From: Plasmodiophora brassicae
Lineage: Eukaryota
DNA length: 64,000 bases
NCBI GenBank assembly: GCA_036867785.1
Contig: CP145416.1
Location: 248,001 to 312,000, forward strand
Reading direction: 5' to 3'
This document shows positions 1 through 10,224 of the stretch, piece after piece. The notes beneath the pieces were generated by a model, which saw only the letters and a list, made by a program, of their open reading frames with translations, ran no database searches and was not told the DNA's origin. Each line of letters begins with the position of its first letter. Positions within the stretch are counted from its first letter, which is position 1. Made by a program: the position numbers and the translations under genes.

Positions 1-745
1 CCCATTTCCGGGTAGAAACCGGTCGTTCAGAGTGGAACACACGTTCAAGTGCGACCTCATTCGGGTTGTCGTCGCGGTAACATCACAACCGCAGTGGTTG
101 CACACACAACGACGCTCGCCGCCGTCGGCTCCTTCATCGTCTCTGGGCTGATACGGGGCTGCGAAGTGCTGTCTTAGAGCCGCAATATCGATAGCTCGCG
201 GTCGCTCTGGTGCGCTTCGCCGGCCTTGGCATCTCGTGCTCACGTACGGCAGACACAGTGAGACTGTGAAACTGACGAAGTAACCGTGGTGACGTGGTCC
301 GTTCGGACTAGAGTACGGGCGTTTCGCGGATTTTCGGAGGCCGCGCACCACTGGGTATGACGCCTTATGACGGAGGCCCTCAGGGATGACGTCATATGAC
401 GTCATATATTATGACAGGGCCGTGCGATACTGCCTATGTCTTCGTCGTCCCCTGCCGGGCGGCTCCGTGCGCCGTGCGCCGTGCGCATAAAAAAAAGTCC
501 GCACTGCGCACTTTGGCGCCCGCGGACTGCAGTCTGCGATTTATTGCGTCTTCAGCACTAAATGAAACTCCTACGGTGATTTTGCGACGCACTCGAATTG
601 CGACGCAGCGGCTGACCCAGCCGTCTATCGCAGCGGTAGCCGTTTGACGACAACTCTTCACAGGTCGTCGACCGATTATCCGATCCGATGCCCCGAAGGC
701 CGAAACCCGATCCGCCGTGGACGTTTCGGTCGCAGCATTTGCTAA

Positions 746-1690
746 TTGCCAGTCATGTCAGCGCCCATGGGCACGCCGGAGGATGTCACCTTCCCGATGG
801 AGTTCAGGATAACTGTTCGGGACTTCATGGGCAACAAGGCGGCTCCTGTTATCGAGTCAAGCTGGAAGGTTCGTGTCCGTAACTACCGTGACCTGGTGGC
901 ACAGGTCTGGGAAAAAGTTAGTGGGTGGATCCAAGGCGAAGCCGTATTTGACGGGGACGGCAACGACGACCGCGTCCGTCGATGACCTTGAGAAGTACGT
1001 CTTGTTAGGCGACGAGAAGCAGAAGAGAACATTCCATATGTCGCATCTCACCGAGCAAAAGACGCTAAACAGTGCGCGAGACCGCGTCTGGCATCTGTAT
1101 GTGCACAGATATTCTATGTCGGTCAGTTCCGCCGAGCTGTATCGGCGACTGAAGCACCGGCTTCTAGAAGCCGAGCAAGATCGCTCGGGGGCGGCAACTA
1201 CCGCGGTAGTGGCGGCGCGGGCGCGGACGCTACAGCAGCTCCACCCTGATTTCAAGGTGTTCGAGGTCAATTGGTTCCAATGGAAGCCTTCCAAAAGTGA
1301 CTTACACGGCATTTTAGATTAGATCTAGTTGGCCTCGGAGAAAGAATGTAAATGCGGAATGTAGTGGGAAGGCGAAGTCGGACTGCGCACAGACAAATGT
1401 AAGATTGTAAGAATCTGCGTCTGGTATCTAAGAAGACCGTTTCGCGGTCTCCGCAGATCTAAGACGGATCTTAGAACAGATCTAATTCGCTCAGATTGCG
1501 GATCTTAGGCGACGCAGATTCGTGATCTAAGGTATTTTTGGAAGGCATCCAATGGACAATGTGGATTGAAAGTCTTCCACTTCATGTTCGCTATGACAAA
1601 TCTCGCCAGCCTCCACCCCCACACACAGGCAGCATATCGGCTACAGCGGGGCTACAATTCTGCGGAGGAGCTACAAATCGGCTACATTAG
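746..1690 (+). pseudogene. Disrupted gene of unknown function (frameshifted, MITE-interrupted)
   Basis: ORFs 746-985 and 873-1322 join through a frameshift. Removing the 1282-1550 insert restores ...VNWFQW-TMWIESLPLH. Confidence 0.4.
1282..1550. mobile_element. MITE (about 265 bp), superfamily ambiguous
   Basis: TIR GCCTTCCAAAA / TTTTGGAAGGC. The flanking duplication reads as AAT (3 bp) or TCCAATGGA (9 bp, 1276-1284 and 1548-1556). Interior is AT-rich with repeated AGATCT/TCTAAG motifs. Confidence 0.7.
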
Positions 1691-1903
1691 TGGACACATT
1701 GGTGACATTTTCTTCCGCCTGCCCAAGGAGTGCGCTGATGGGGGGGGATATTGCCGCTATTGTTCGAAATGCAAAATGCGCGATGGAAACAATAGCGCAG
1801 CGCTTCAGTTCGAACGAACCGTAGCCGATAGCTCCGCCCGGGTAGAGCGGGGCTCTATATTTGGCATCCCGTACATCAACGCGCTGCCGTCTCGCTTGAC
1901 GCT

Positions 1904-2127
1904 TGTCACGATCGGCAGTCCACCGGATCACTGAGGCTGGCGCGGACCAAACGGACTGCGCGAGAACCGTAGCAGATTTTGCATTTTGGATGAAAACGAG
2001 GAATACAAATGGGCTACAAGCCTTCAACACCACTGGGAAAAATTCCGCGTCAAATTCAGGTCAACCTTACAGAGAATGTCAATTTCGGTCAATTCGGGAC
2101 AGCTTGCAGTCACAGCAACCGGTTACA
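1904..2127 (+). repeat. Candidate 5' LTR of the Gypsy element at 2602-5982
   Basis: TGTCACG...CGGTTACA termini upstream of gag-pol. No partner LTR in the window. Confidence 0.25.
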
Positions 2128-2601
2128 GGATCCAATTCTCTGTGCGGCCGGATCGTTATGGAAGTTGAAAGTGGTACCACGCACTCCGCAACGAATGCGG
2201 GTATCAGTTGGTCCAGCGTGTGATTCGCGCCGATGAGACGTGGTGTGAACGCCGCACTGGAGGAAAAGTCGTCGGCCGATGATGACGCAGTGGGAGACTA
2301 CTTCTGGCAGGAATGGGCGAGCGCGGCGAGCGCGGCGATGGTGTCGAGGCCAAGTCACCCGATGACGTCGATGACAACTTCTTTCTTCGGGAGTGGTTGG
2401 AGTTGTAGTCCGGGGCCCTATATTTAGCTCCTCATCACCTGCGTCAGCATCAGCATCCTCCAGATATTCACATGCGCCAGAGATTCATGTGTCGAGATAT
2501 GCGGGGAACGAGAGCACGCGATCACGTGCGCCGCTGATGGGAGAGCGGGGTAAGGGATCGATGGTGGATAAACGGCATTCGTCTATTGTGTCACCCGAGG
2601 C

Positions 2602-5600
2602 TTGACGGAAGACACTATAGTGGCCACTACGTGTCGTACGTTGATTCTCCGTGAACGACACCGACGACGACACGACATGGAGCTGACAAGCAGCAGCAGC
2701 AGCGGCGGCTCGACAAGCGCTACCATCGTTACGAACGCCGATGCGAGCATCCTGCCCAAGGCTAACAACCTTGACTCGACATCGATCCTGACGCTGCGCG
2801 AGGCGTACAACCGCTACGTCGCCATCTTCGAGGATCGGGAGGCGCAGCAGCCGCGGGGGCGTCGACTTCGTCCGCAAGGCATCCGGCTGTGCTTCACCGC
2901 CGTGCAGTTGAAGGCGATTGCCGAAAATCACCTGGACCTGGACGGCGGCGCCGAGGCGTTGACTGACGAATTGCTGGACGGATGGATCCGAGACCAGATC
3001 AACGCATTGCCCACCAGCCATGGGCTGCGTATTCAGGACATCGAGTCCAAGATCGCGGATGAGCTCTCGATGGATACCTCGATGTCGACCCTGCGAGATC
3101 AAATCGCGTCAATCCCGGACCAGCTGACGGCCATCCAGGACCGCCACGGTTGGAAGCTGAGCGAGACCGCTGGAGGACGCAAAGCCATGGGGCGCCTGAT
3201 CGCTGACTCGCTCCAGCCCGGCTACCTCCGCGGTCACGTCCAGGCCTGGATCAAGGAGGACAAGGCCGAACGTGAAGGCAATACCAGGGCGATCGTTCGC
3301 GAGGCGCAGGATTGGGCGAAGCACTTCGTCGCGATCGGACGCGCCCGCAACGCATCGATCAAGCGTCCTCGGAAGACGTGCTCCGAACTGCGACTCGCCG
3401 ACAAGCAGAGCAAGCTGACTCCCGCTGCGACAACTTCAGGTGGACGCCGCGTACCAGCCCATCGCCCTGTGCCCGCCAACCGGCAATCGGGCCGACATCC
3501 AGTGACCGTGAACGCTCCCAAGCGCAACCGCGAACCGACGGCGACAAGTGACAGCAGCCAGATGACGGGGACGACTGATGGCAAGCGCGATTTCAAATGC
3601 TGGCACTGCTCTGGGCCACATAAGATGTCGATGTGCCCAGAGAAGCCGACGAGAGAAAGGCGCAATGAGCTCGCACGTCATCATCGGCCTGCAGGCGGAC
3701 ATCATCCCGATGGACGTCGACCGATTAAAGTCGCCAAAACTCGCGCCTACACTGGGATCCAGCACGTGACACAGCAAGTAGAGATCGAGGGAAGGCGTAT
3801 CCCTTATGTTCTAGACTCTGGCTGTGATGGGGGAAACCTCATACCTGAACACGTTGCGAATGAGTTGAAGGGCGCCACGTTCGAGGTTATCGAGCCCCGA
3901 GATATCGCATCAGCCGACGACCAAGTCATTACCGTCAGCACCCGCATCGTCACCGTTCCAGTGACGAAACTCGAAACCAAAGCTGGGAATCTCACCCTGT
4001 ACCATGTTGCCTACTATGTCTGCGACGCTATTCCAATCATCTTATTCGGCGACACACTACTCTCTATGATCGGCATCAGTCCACGTCAGCAACTCGAGGA
4101 CATGATCGCATCCGGCACCACCGAGTTTGATGCCAGACTATCTGGATGCGCCATGTTCGATGTGGAGTCGTTCGACGCCGTCAGTGAAATCGTTGCAAGG
4201 ATGGCGACGTTGAGCGGCGACACGTATCAGGCGCCACATGTACACGATGCGGCGGAACCTACCTCCAGTGATGTCGACTTAGGGCCGATCAACATTCAAG
4301 AGATTGAGGCATCCCTCACCCGCCTGATACATCAAGCACGCCTCAACGGCATGTCTCGTCAAGGGGTTGCACGGCTACGACTCATCCTTCGACGACACGT
4401 CAACGAATTCCGCACACAGCTTGGTCAGGACGGTCCTGTCAACATCGAACCTATGATCACCAAGCTTCAACCGGACGCCACGCCGTACCGATGCAGACCG
4501 CGCTCCTACAACCCGAAGCAAAAGGAGTTCCTCGTCGAGATGATCAAGATGCTGTTGGAAAACAATCTGATCTACCTCAACATGAACTCCAGATGGGCGA
4601 GTCCCGTTCTTGTGGTCAAGAAACCGAACAGCAAGGGGTACCGCCTGTGCGTCGATCTGCGTCAGGTGAACTCGCGTACGGTACCAACTGCTTGGCCGAT
4701 GCCCAACATCGAGGCGGCTAGTCGGAAGCTGGCTGGCATGACCTGCTTCTTCACGATCGATGCCCACAAGGGGTTCCGGCTCATGCCAATTGCGAAGGAA
4801 TGCCAGGAGATCTTCTCGTTTATGACCGACGACGGCGTCTACACACCTACCAGGAGCATTCAGGGCGCGACCAACTCTGCCTTGCAGTTCCAGGCGCGGA
4901 TCGGGAAGATCTTCGACGACATGAAGCATCACCTCTTGATATGGATCGACGACCTGCTGGGATTCGCCAAAACGGAAGACATTCTACTGCATCAGCTTGC
5001 ACGTGTCTTGGAGCGAGCGCGCGAACGCAACTTGAAGTTCAACCCGGACAAATGCGTCCTATTCGCTCGAGAGCTGAAGTGGTGTGGGCGCATCTACTCT
5101 CGTGATGGAATCCGACACGATCCCGAACGAATCGAGGCGCTGACCAGCATGCCGCGTCCTAACACTTTCAAAGAGCTACAGCAGTTCATCTGGGCGGCCA
5201 ACTGGATGCGTACTAGTGTTCCCGGTTACGCGTACATCATCGCCCCGCTCCAGGAGCTGACGGACAAGGCGAACGAGGAGATGAAGAGAATCCAGTCTTC
5301 GTCACCTTCGTCGATTCGGTTACATGATCTTGGATGGACAGACCGGCACAGTAAGGCCTTCGAGGACATACGCTTTGCGCTGATCCAGCACGTCCAGCTC
5401 GCGTACCCGAAGTCTGATCACCAGACATGCTTGTTCACGGACGCCAGTGACCTAGCATGGGCTCCGGTTATTACCCAGATTCCGAGGGAGGACATCGACC
5501 TACCAGTTCATGAACAACGACACGAACCACTGGCTTTCTACGGCAAGCGGTTCTCTGGCGCTGAGTTGCGATGGTCAACACCGGAGAAGGAGGCAGCCGC

Positions 5601-5982
5601 CATCATCAAGGCGACTGAACGTGGTGACTTCCTTCTGCAGACGTCGCGTGAATTCCTCATGTTCTGCGACCACCGGAACCTCACGTTCATCTTCGCGAAC
5701 GACGCTGAGATGAAGAAGCACACCGCTCAGAAAATCGAGCGCTGGGCGCTACATCTCCAAGGGTTTGATTACCGTACAAAGGAGATCTCCGGCACTGCCA
5801 ACGTCTGGGCCGACCTGTTATCTCGATGGGGCGCAGGACGAATCGCACTGACGTGCCGGGCAACGCGCATCTTGCAGATGGACGATCTTCGCGTAACGCC
5901 GATGACGCATCCCGATTTCCAATGGCCGACCGAGACCGAAATTCGCGAATCGCAAAGGCTATTGTCGCGTGAAGAGAAGATC
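2602..5982 (+). mobile_element. Ty3/Gypsy gag-pol single ORF, truncated before integrase by a Copia LTR
   Basis: CWHCSGPHKMSMC zinc knuckle, LDSG protease, RT (LCVDLR, WIDD), RNase H (TDAS, EKEA, DHRNL, WADLLSR). Copia LTR starts at 5983. Confidence 0.92.
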
Positions 5983-6108
5983 TGTCGAACAACGTATCCA
6001 CTACGACCAGCAGCACATGCCTGCAGCACGTGAACGCCGTCACGCACTCCGCGACTCCGTGCCCGCCGGCGTTGGCAACCGTTACACCGTCGGCGACTAC
6101 GTCGCCAC

Positions 6109-6997
6109 TATAGCTCTGTATTTTTTTTTATTTGTATTATTCACCTGCTATATAATACACATATAATACACGGTCTACGAAATATTATACAGCGATAAAA
6201 TACACCCTGTGCCTATATATAGTGCCGACCACTGGGCAAGGGCCGCCAAGGCTGTGCAGTGTGCACGCTGTGGCTCGCTGACCTGCGGGATGCTGCCTGC
6301 GGGCTGCGCGCAGCCGCCACGGCCTCATTGCCAGCAAGCCTGCGTGCCTACGGGTTGTCGCCTGCCTCGATAACCATCTATCTACGCTGGCGTCGCTACT
6401 GGTGAAGATCCACAACCTCGTTACTAATGCCGCCGGTGGTGAGCGAAACCATAAGGCAGCGAAGCGGGTCCATTCGGCAACACGAGCCAGCTTGCAAGGG
6501 GCGTCTGTGATGAAGCAGACAGCTGTTGCATTCAATGCAAAGCAGCTGTTGAAAGAAATCAGTATGACGCGTTCCGATGACGCGTTTGTACAGAGGCTGT
6601 CCGCCTGTGGATCAGGGTCATTGTATTCGCAACGCGCTGCAGCAGACGAAGAAGCTCTCAATCTTGTTTTTGAGGACGAGGACGAGGATGAGGAGCTTGT
6701 CGGTCTCTCTGTCGAAAGCGTCATCGATCCTGCCACCGATATTGGGCTGGATAGCATCATCGCCCTTGATGCTGCGGAAGACATCGAAGCTGTTCGAGCC
6801 GATGACACCTTGATCAGAACGCGCGAGATAATTGCCCTGAGCGTCTGAGGCCCTGATCCATCTCGGAATGAATACAAACTTCTTTGAATGCATTTCCAAT
6901 AGGCTGTATTAAATACCTGTATTATCCACCAGTATTATACAGGTATTATACACTTTTTGTATTATACAGGACCTCGGGTGTATTATACAGAGCCATA
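6109..6997 (+). mobile_element. Non-autonomous hAT element with a transposase C-terminal remnant
   Basis: 8-bp TSD GTCGCCAC (6101-6108, 6998-7005). TIR TATAGCTCTGTA / TACAGAGCCATA. ORF 6402-6848 NAAGGERNHKAAKRVHSATRASL resembles the hAT dimerisation motif. Confidence 0.85.
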
Positions 6998-7064
6998 GTC
7001 GCCACTGTAACGTCCGCCGCACACGCCGTACGTAATACATCCACTCCATTTATTGTCTTTCTCA

Positions 7065-7078
7065 GATTAACAGTCGTA
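7065..7078 (+). promoter_or_regulatory. Copia primer-binding site GATTAACAGTCGTA (anti tRNA-Asn anticodon arm)
   Basis: Lies immediately 3' of the LTR CA. Identical 14-mer at 15340-15353 and 24652-24665. Reverse complement TACGA-CTGTTAA-TC. Confidence 0.8.
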
Positions 7079-7107
7079 TAGGCGCAGGCGCTGAGCCTCT
7101 ACTCGCC

Positions 7108-9815
7108 ATGGCCGAGCGCCAGGCGACGCCTAACACGGATGACGACCCGCTGCGTCATCTGTCGCTCGAGGAGATCGACACCCGAATTGCCGAAGCGGAG
7201 GCAACGATCGCCAGGCAGGAGAAGATCGACCGTCTCCGTGTCCTGCAGCAGCAGCTGGCGCGTCCGACCAGCTGTCCATCGACCCCGGCCATGCCGATCA
7301 TCGCCGAGGCGCACAGCCGAAGCGACGCAGGCCGACTGCCCATGCCCAAGTTCGACGGTACTCCCGACTCGTTCACGTCCTGGGTTCAGACAGCTGCACT
7401 CTGGTTTCGCAATCGTGGGTACGCGGACGTCATCGGGATCAACGAAGATGGCTCGCCGACTGCGACAACCGGTACGGCACACGACCCAGCTCTCGAGGCA
7501 GCCAGCCGCGCGCGAGATTCTACTCGTCCACATGCTGGACCACAAGATCGCGTCCGCGTTGTCTTTGTTTCAGGCAGGCTCGGCTGCCAAGTGCTGGCGC
7601 GTGCTGTTCCAGGCGTACAGCCCGTCGTCGCTGGCATCGGTCGTGCGCGCCGTCCGCGACCTCGTCACGGTCCAGCACATGCCCGGCGAGTCGGTCGCCA
7701 CGTACGCCGCCCGAGTTCAAGCAGCGGCCCATCGCGTCCGGTCGACGGTACCGACCGAGATGCTGTCCCTCACCGACGCATTGGTCGCCGTGCTCATCTT
7801 GGCCAACGCATCATCCGATCTCGACGCCGTCGTCGCTGGCCTGCACAATCGTGCTCTGGACACGCTGCCCAGTGTCTCCGAGGTCGTCGGGTCGTTGACA
7901 AGCGAGGAGATCAGGGTCCAAGACGTGCGGGACCGACACGACGCGTTCCAAACGGCCAACCGCTCCAGTTGCGCCACATCGACGCGTCCCCGTGGACCAC
8001 GACGCAACGAGTCCTGCGTCTTCCATCCCGGATCCAAGCACACTAACGGCGAATGCACGCTGCAACGACACATCTGGTACCGCGACAGCAACGCGAAAAC
8101 CAATACATCCTCACCAACGTCCAACGAGTATCCAACGTCTGGCGCTCATCCGGTCGATCCGGCGCCCGAGCCGATGCGTGCTTTGTCGGCACGCCACGCC
8201 ATCGACGTGTACGCGAACTCAGTAGGCCTACTGGACTCAGCGTGTTCCACGACGATGACGCCCCTGCGCCGACATCTCACCTGCTATCGCCAAGGCACCG
8301 GACCGGAAGTTGAGCTAGCCGATCTGTCGCGTACGACCACTTCCGGTCGAGGCGTGACGTCATTCGGCATGGATGTCCAGGCGACGAGTATCGATTCGCT
8401 GCACGTTCCCCGACTTGGCCAAGCGCTAGTATCAGTTGGCCAGCTCACCAGATCAGGTCACAAGATCGTGTTCGACGGCGATACCGCGAAGATCTACTCG
8501 GGGGCCAACTGGACGGCGCCCGTCGGCCAGCCAGTGGCCGTCAGTCAACGAGGACACGATAACCTGTACCGGATTCCATTATCCGCTCCAACCTCCGCGC
8601 CCGGCACACTTCATTCCGCCCGAGTCTGCTCCTTGATCGCATCCAGCGTCTCATGCCGCGTCGCTAAGGTCACCGCCGCAGCTCCAGCTGTCTGGCACGC
8701 TCGAACCGGCCACCTGGGTTACGGCAACCTGCGCATCCTGCACAAACGTTGTCGTGGCATGAAGTTCGACGGGCCAATCCCGAGGCCGCAAGATCGATGT
8801 CCATGCGCTGCATGTTTACTCGCCAAGGGCAAACGGTCATCATTCCCTCCCAGTACGTCGCGCGCGCGTCGTGTTGGCGATCTCGTCCATAGCGATCTGT
8901 CCGGACGGTGGCCTGTCGTCGGTGTCGGCGGCTTTGAGTACTACCAGACCATGCTTGACGATTCCTCTCGGTACCTGTCCGTCTATCTGCTACGTCGCAA
9001 ATCGGAGGCGCTCGACGTCATCACGCACTATGACGCGCGTCTTCGCAACCAGGAAGGACGTGGTATCCGGACGTTCCAGACTGACGGTGGCGGCGAGTAC
9101 AACTCCAAGGCGTGCGTCCTGTTCTACAACGAGTCCGGCATCCTGCACCGCAAATCTGTCCCGTACACGCCCGAGCAGAACGGCCGCGCTGAAAGCGTCA
9201 ACCACACGCTCTGCGGTATCGAAAGCTCAATCCGGTGCCACCCTAGCATGCCTGACTCCACGTGGCCCTGGTCGCTGTCCTACCCTGCGATACTGTACAA
9301 CATCCACCCGAGATCAGTCCTTCCCGGGCGTCGCACATCGTTCGAGGCTGCTCGTCGCGCCCTACCTAACATCTCGGCCCTTCGTGTCTACGGTTGCGAT
9401 GCCTATGCCATGCGACCACATCCAGCCACGAAGAAGCCGAGCAAGTTGGAGCCTCGTCGTGTTCGCGCTGTGTTCATCGGTTTCACGCCCGGCATGAAGG
9501 CTTGGCGGTTCTACGACGTGGACCGGGAAGACACGTTCGAGAGCACGACTGCCGAGTTCCTGGAGACCTCGTTCACGTTCGGCTTTGGAAGATCCAGCCC
9601 TGCTAGTTCATCATCAGCGCCACCGTCCAGTCCCGAGTCGAGCTCTGCGCCGAACGTTGACACGATCGTCCCGACGCCCGTCTCTTCCGACGCCGTCATG
9701 GCACCTCTACCATCGACGTCAGCATCCTCTCTCGCAGCATCCCCTCCCGAGCCTCCGTCACCTGCCGCTGCGTCATCGCCTTCCGAGATCGTCCGACCGT
9801 CGCGCTCACCGTCTC
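7108..9815 (+). pseudogene. Copia gag-protease-integrase (one frameshift near 7500)
   Basis: PKFDG gag motif, LLDSACSTTM protease, WHARTGH pre-integrase, VHSDL / TDGGGEY / PEQNGRAE integrase core. Confidence 0.9.
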
Positions 9816-9998
9816 TGTCACGACTGAGTCGTGTTGGCGACTCAGCCGGCACCAAATTGGGCTCCTTCGTAGCGCACTGGGTACAATAAACGTCCACGGC
9901 GCGGACCGACCTCAGTCGGTCAATCCGTGTGGTTGACTCATCGTGTTCGGTCGTCACATTTTGACCGACTAACCTTCTGTCGTCGTGTTGTCTCGACT

Positions 9999-10198
9999 CG
10001 TATCGTATTGTGCCGTATCGTATCGTATTGTGCCGTATCGTATCGTATTGTGCCGTATCGTATCGTATTGTGCCGTATCGAATCGTATTGTGCCGTATCG
10101 TATCGTATTGTGCCGTATCGTATCGTATTGTGCCGTATCCTTATCGTATTGTGCCGTATCGTATCGTATTGTGCCGTATCGTACCGTGCCGTACCGTT
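9999..10198 (+). repeat. 20-bp tandem repeat (CGTATCGTATCGTATTGTGC)n in the element 5' leader
   Basis: About 9 visible units. About 5 units in copy B at 29298-29415. Confidence 0.95.
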
Positions 10199-10224
10199 TC
10201 TATCGTTCGTATTGTATTGCATTC

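Noticed and set aside
7065-7078. tRNA gene
   Set aside because: Only a 14-nt complement. No cloverleaf in the flanks.
9999-10198. CRISPR-like array
   Set aside because: Head-to-tail tandem repeat with no unique spacers and no cas genes, in a eukaryotic retroelement leader.
9927-10224. ORF extensions encoding YCAVSYRIVP repeats
   Set aside because: Artefact of a stop-free tandem repeat. The conserved start is MAGGDG at 10225.
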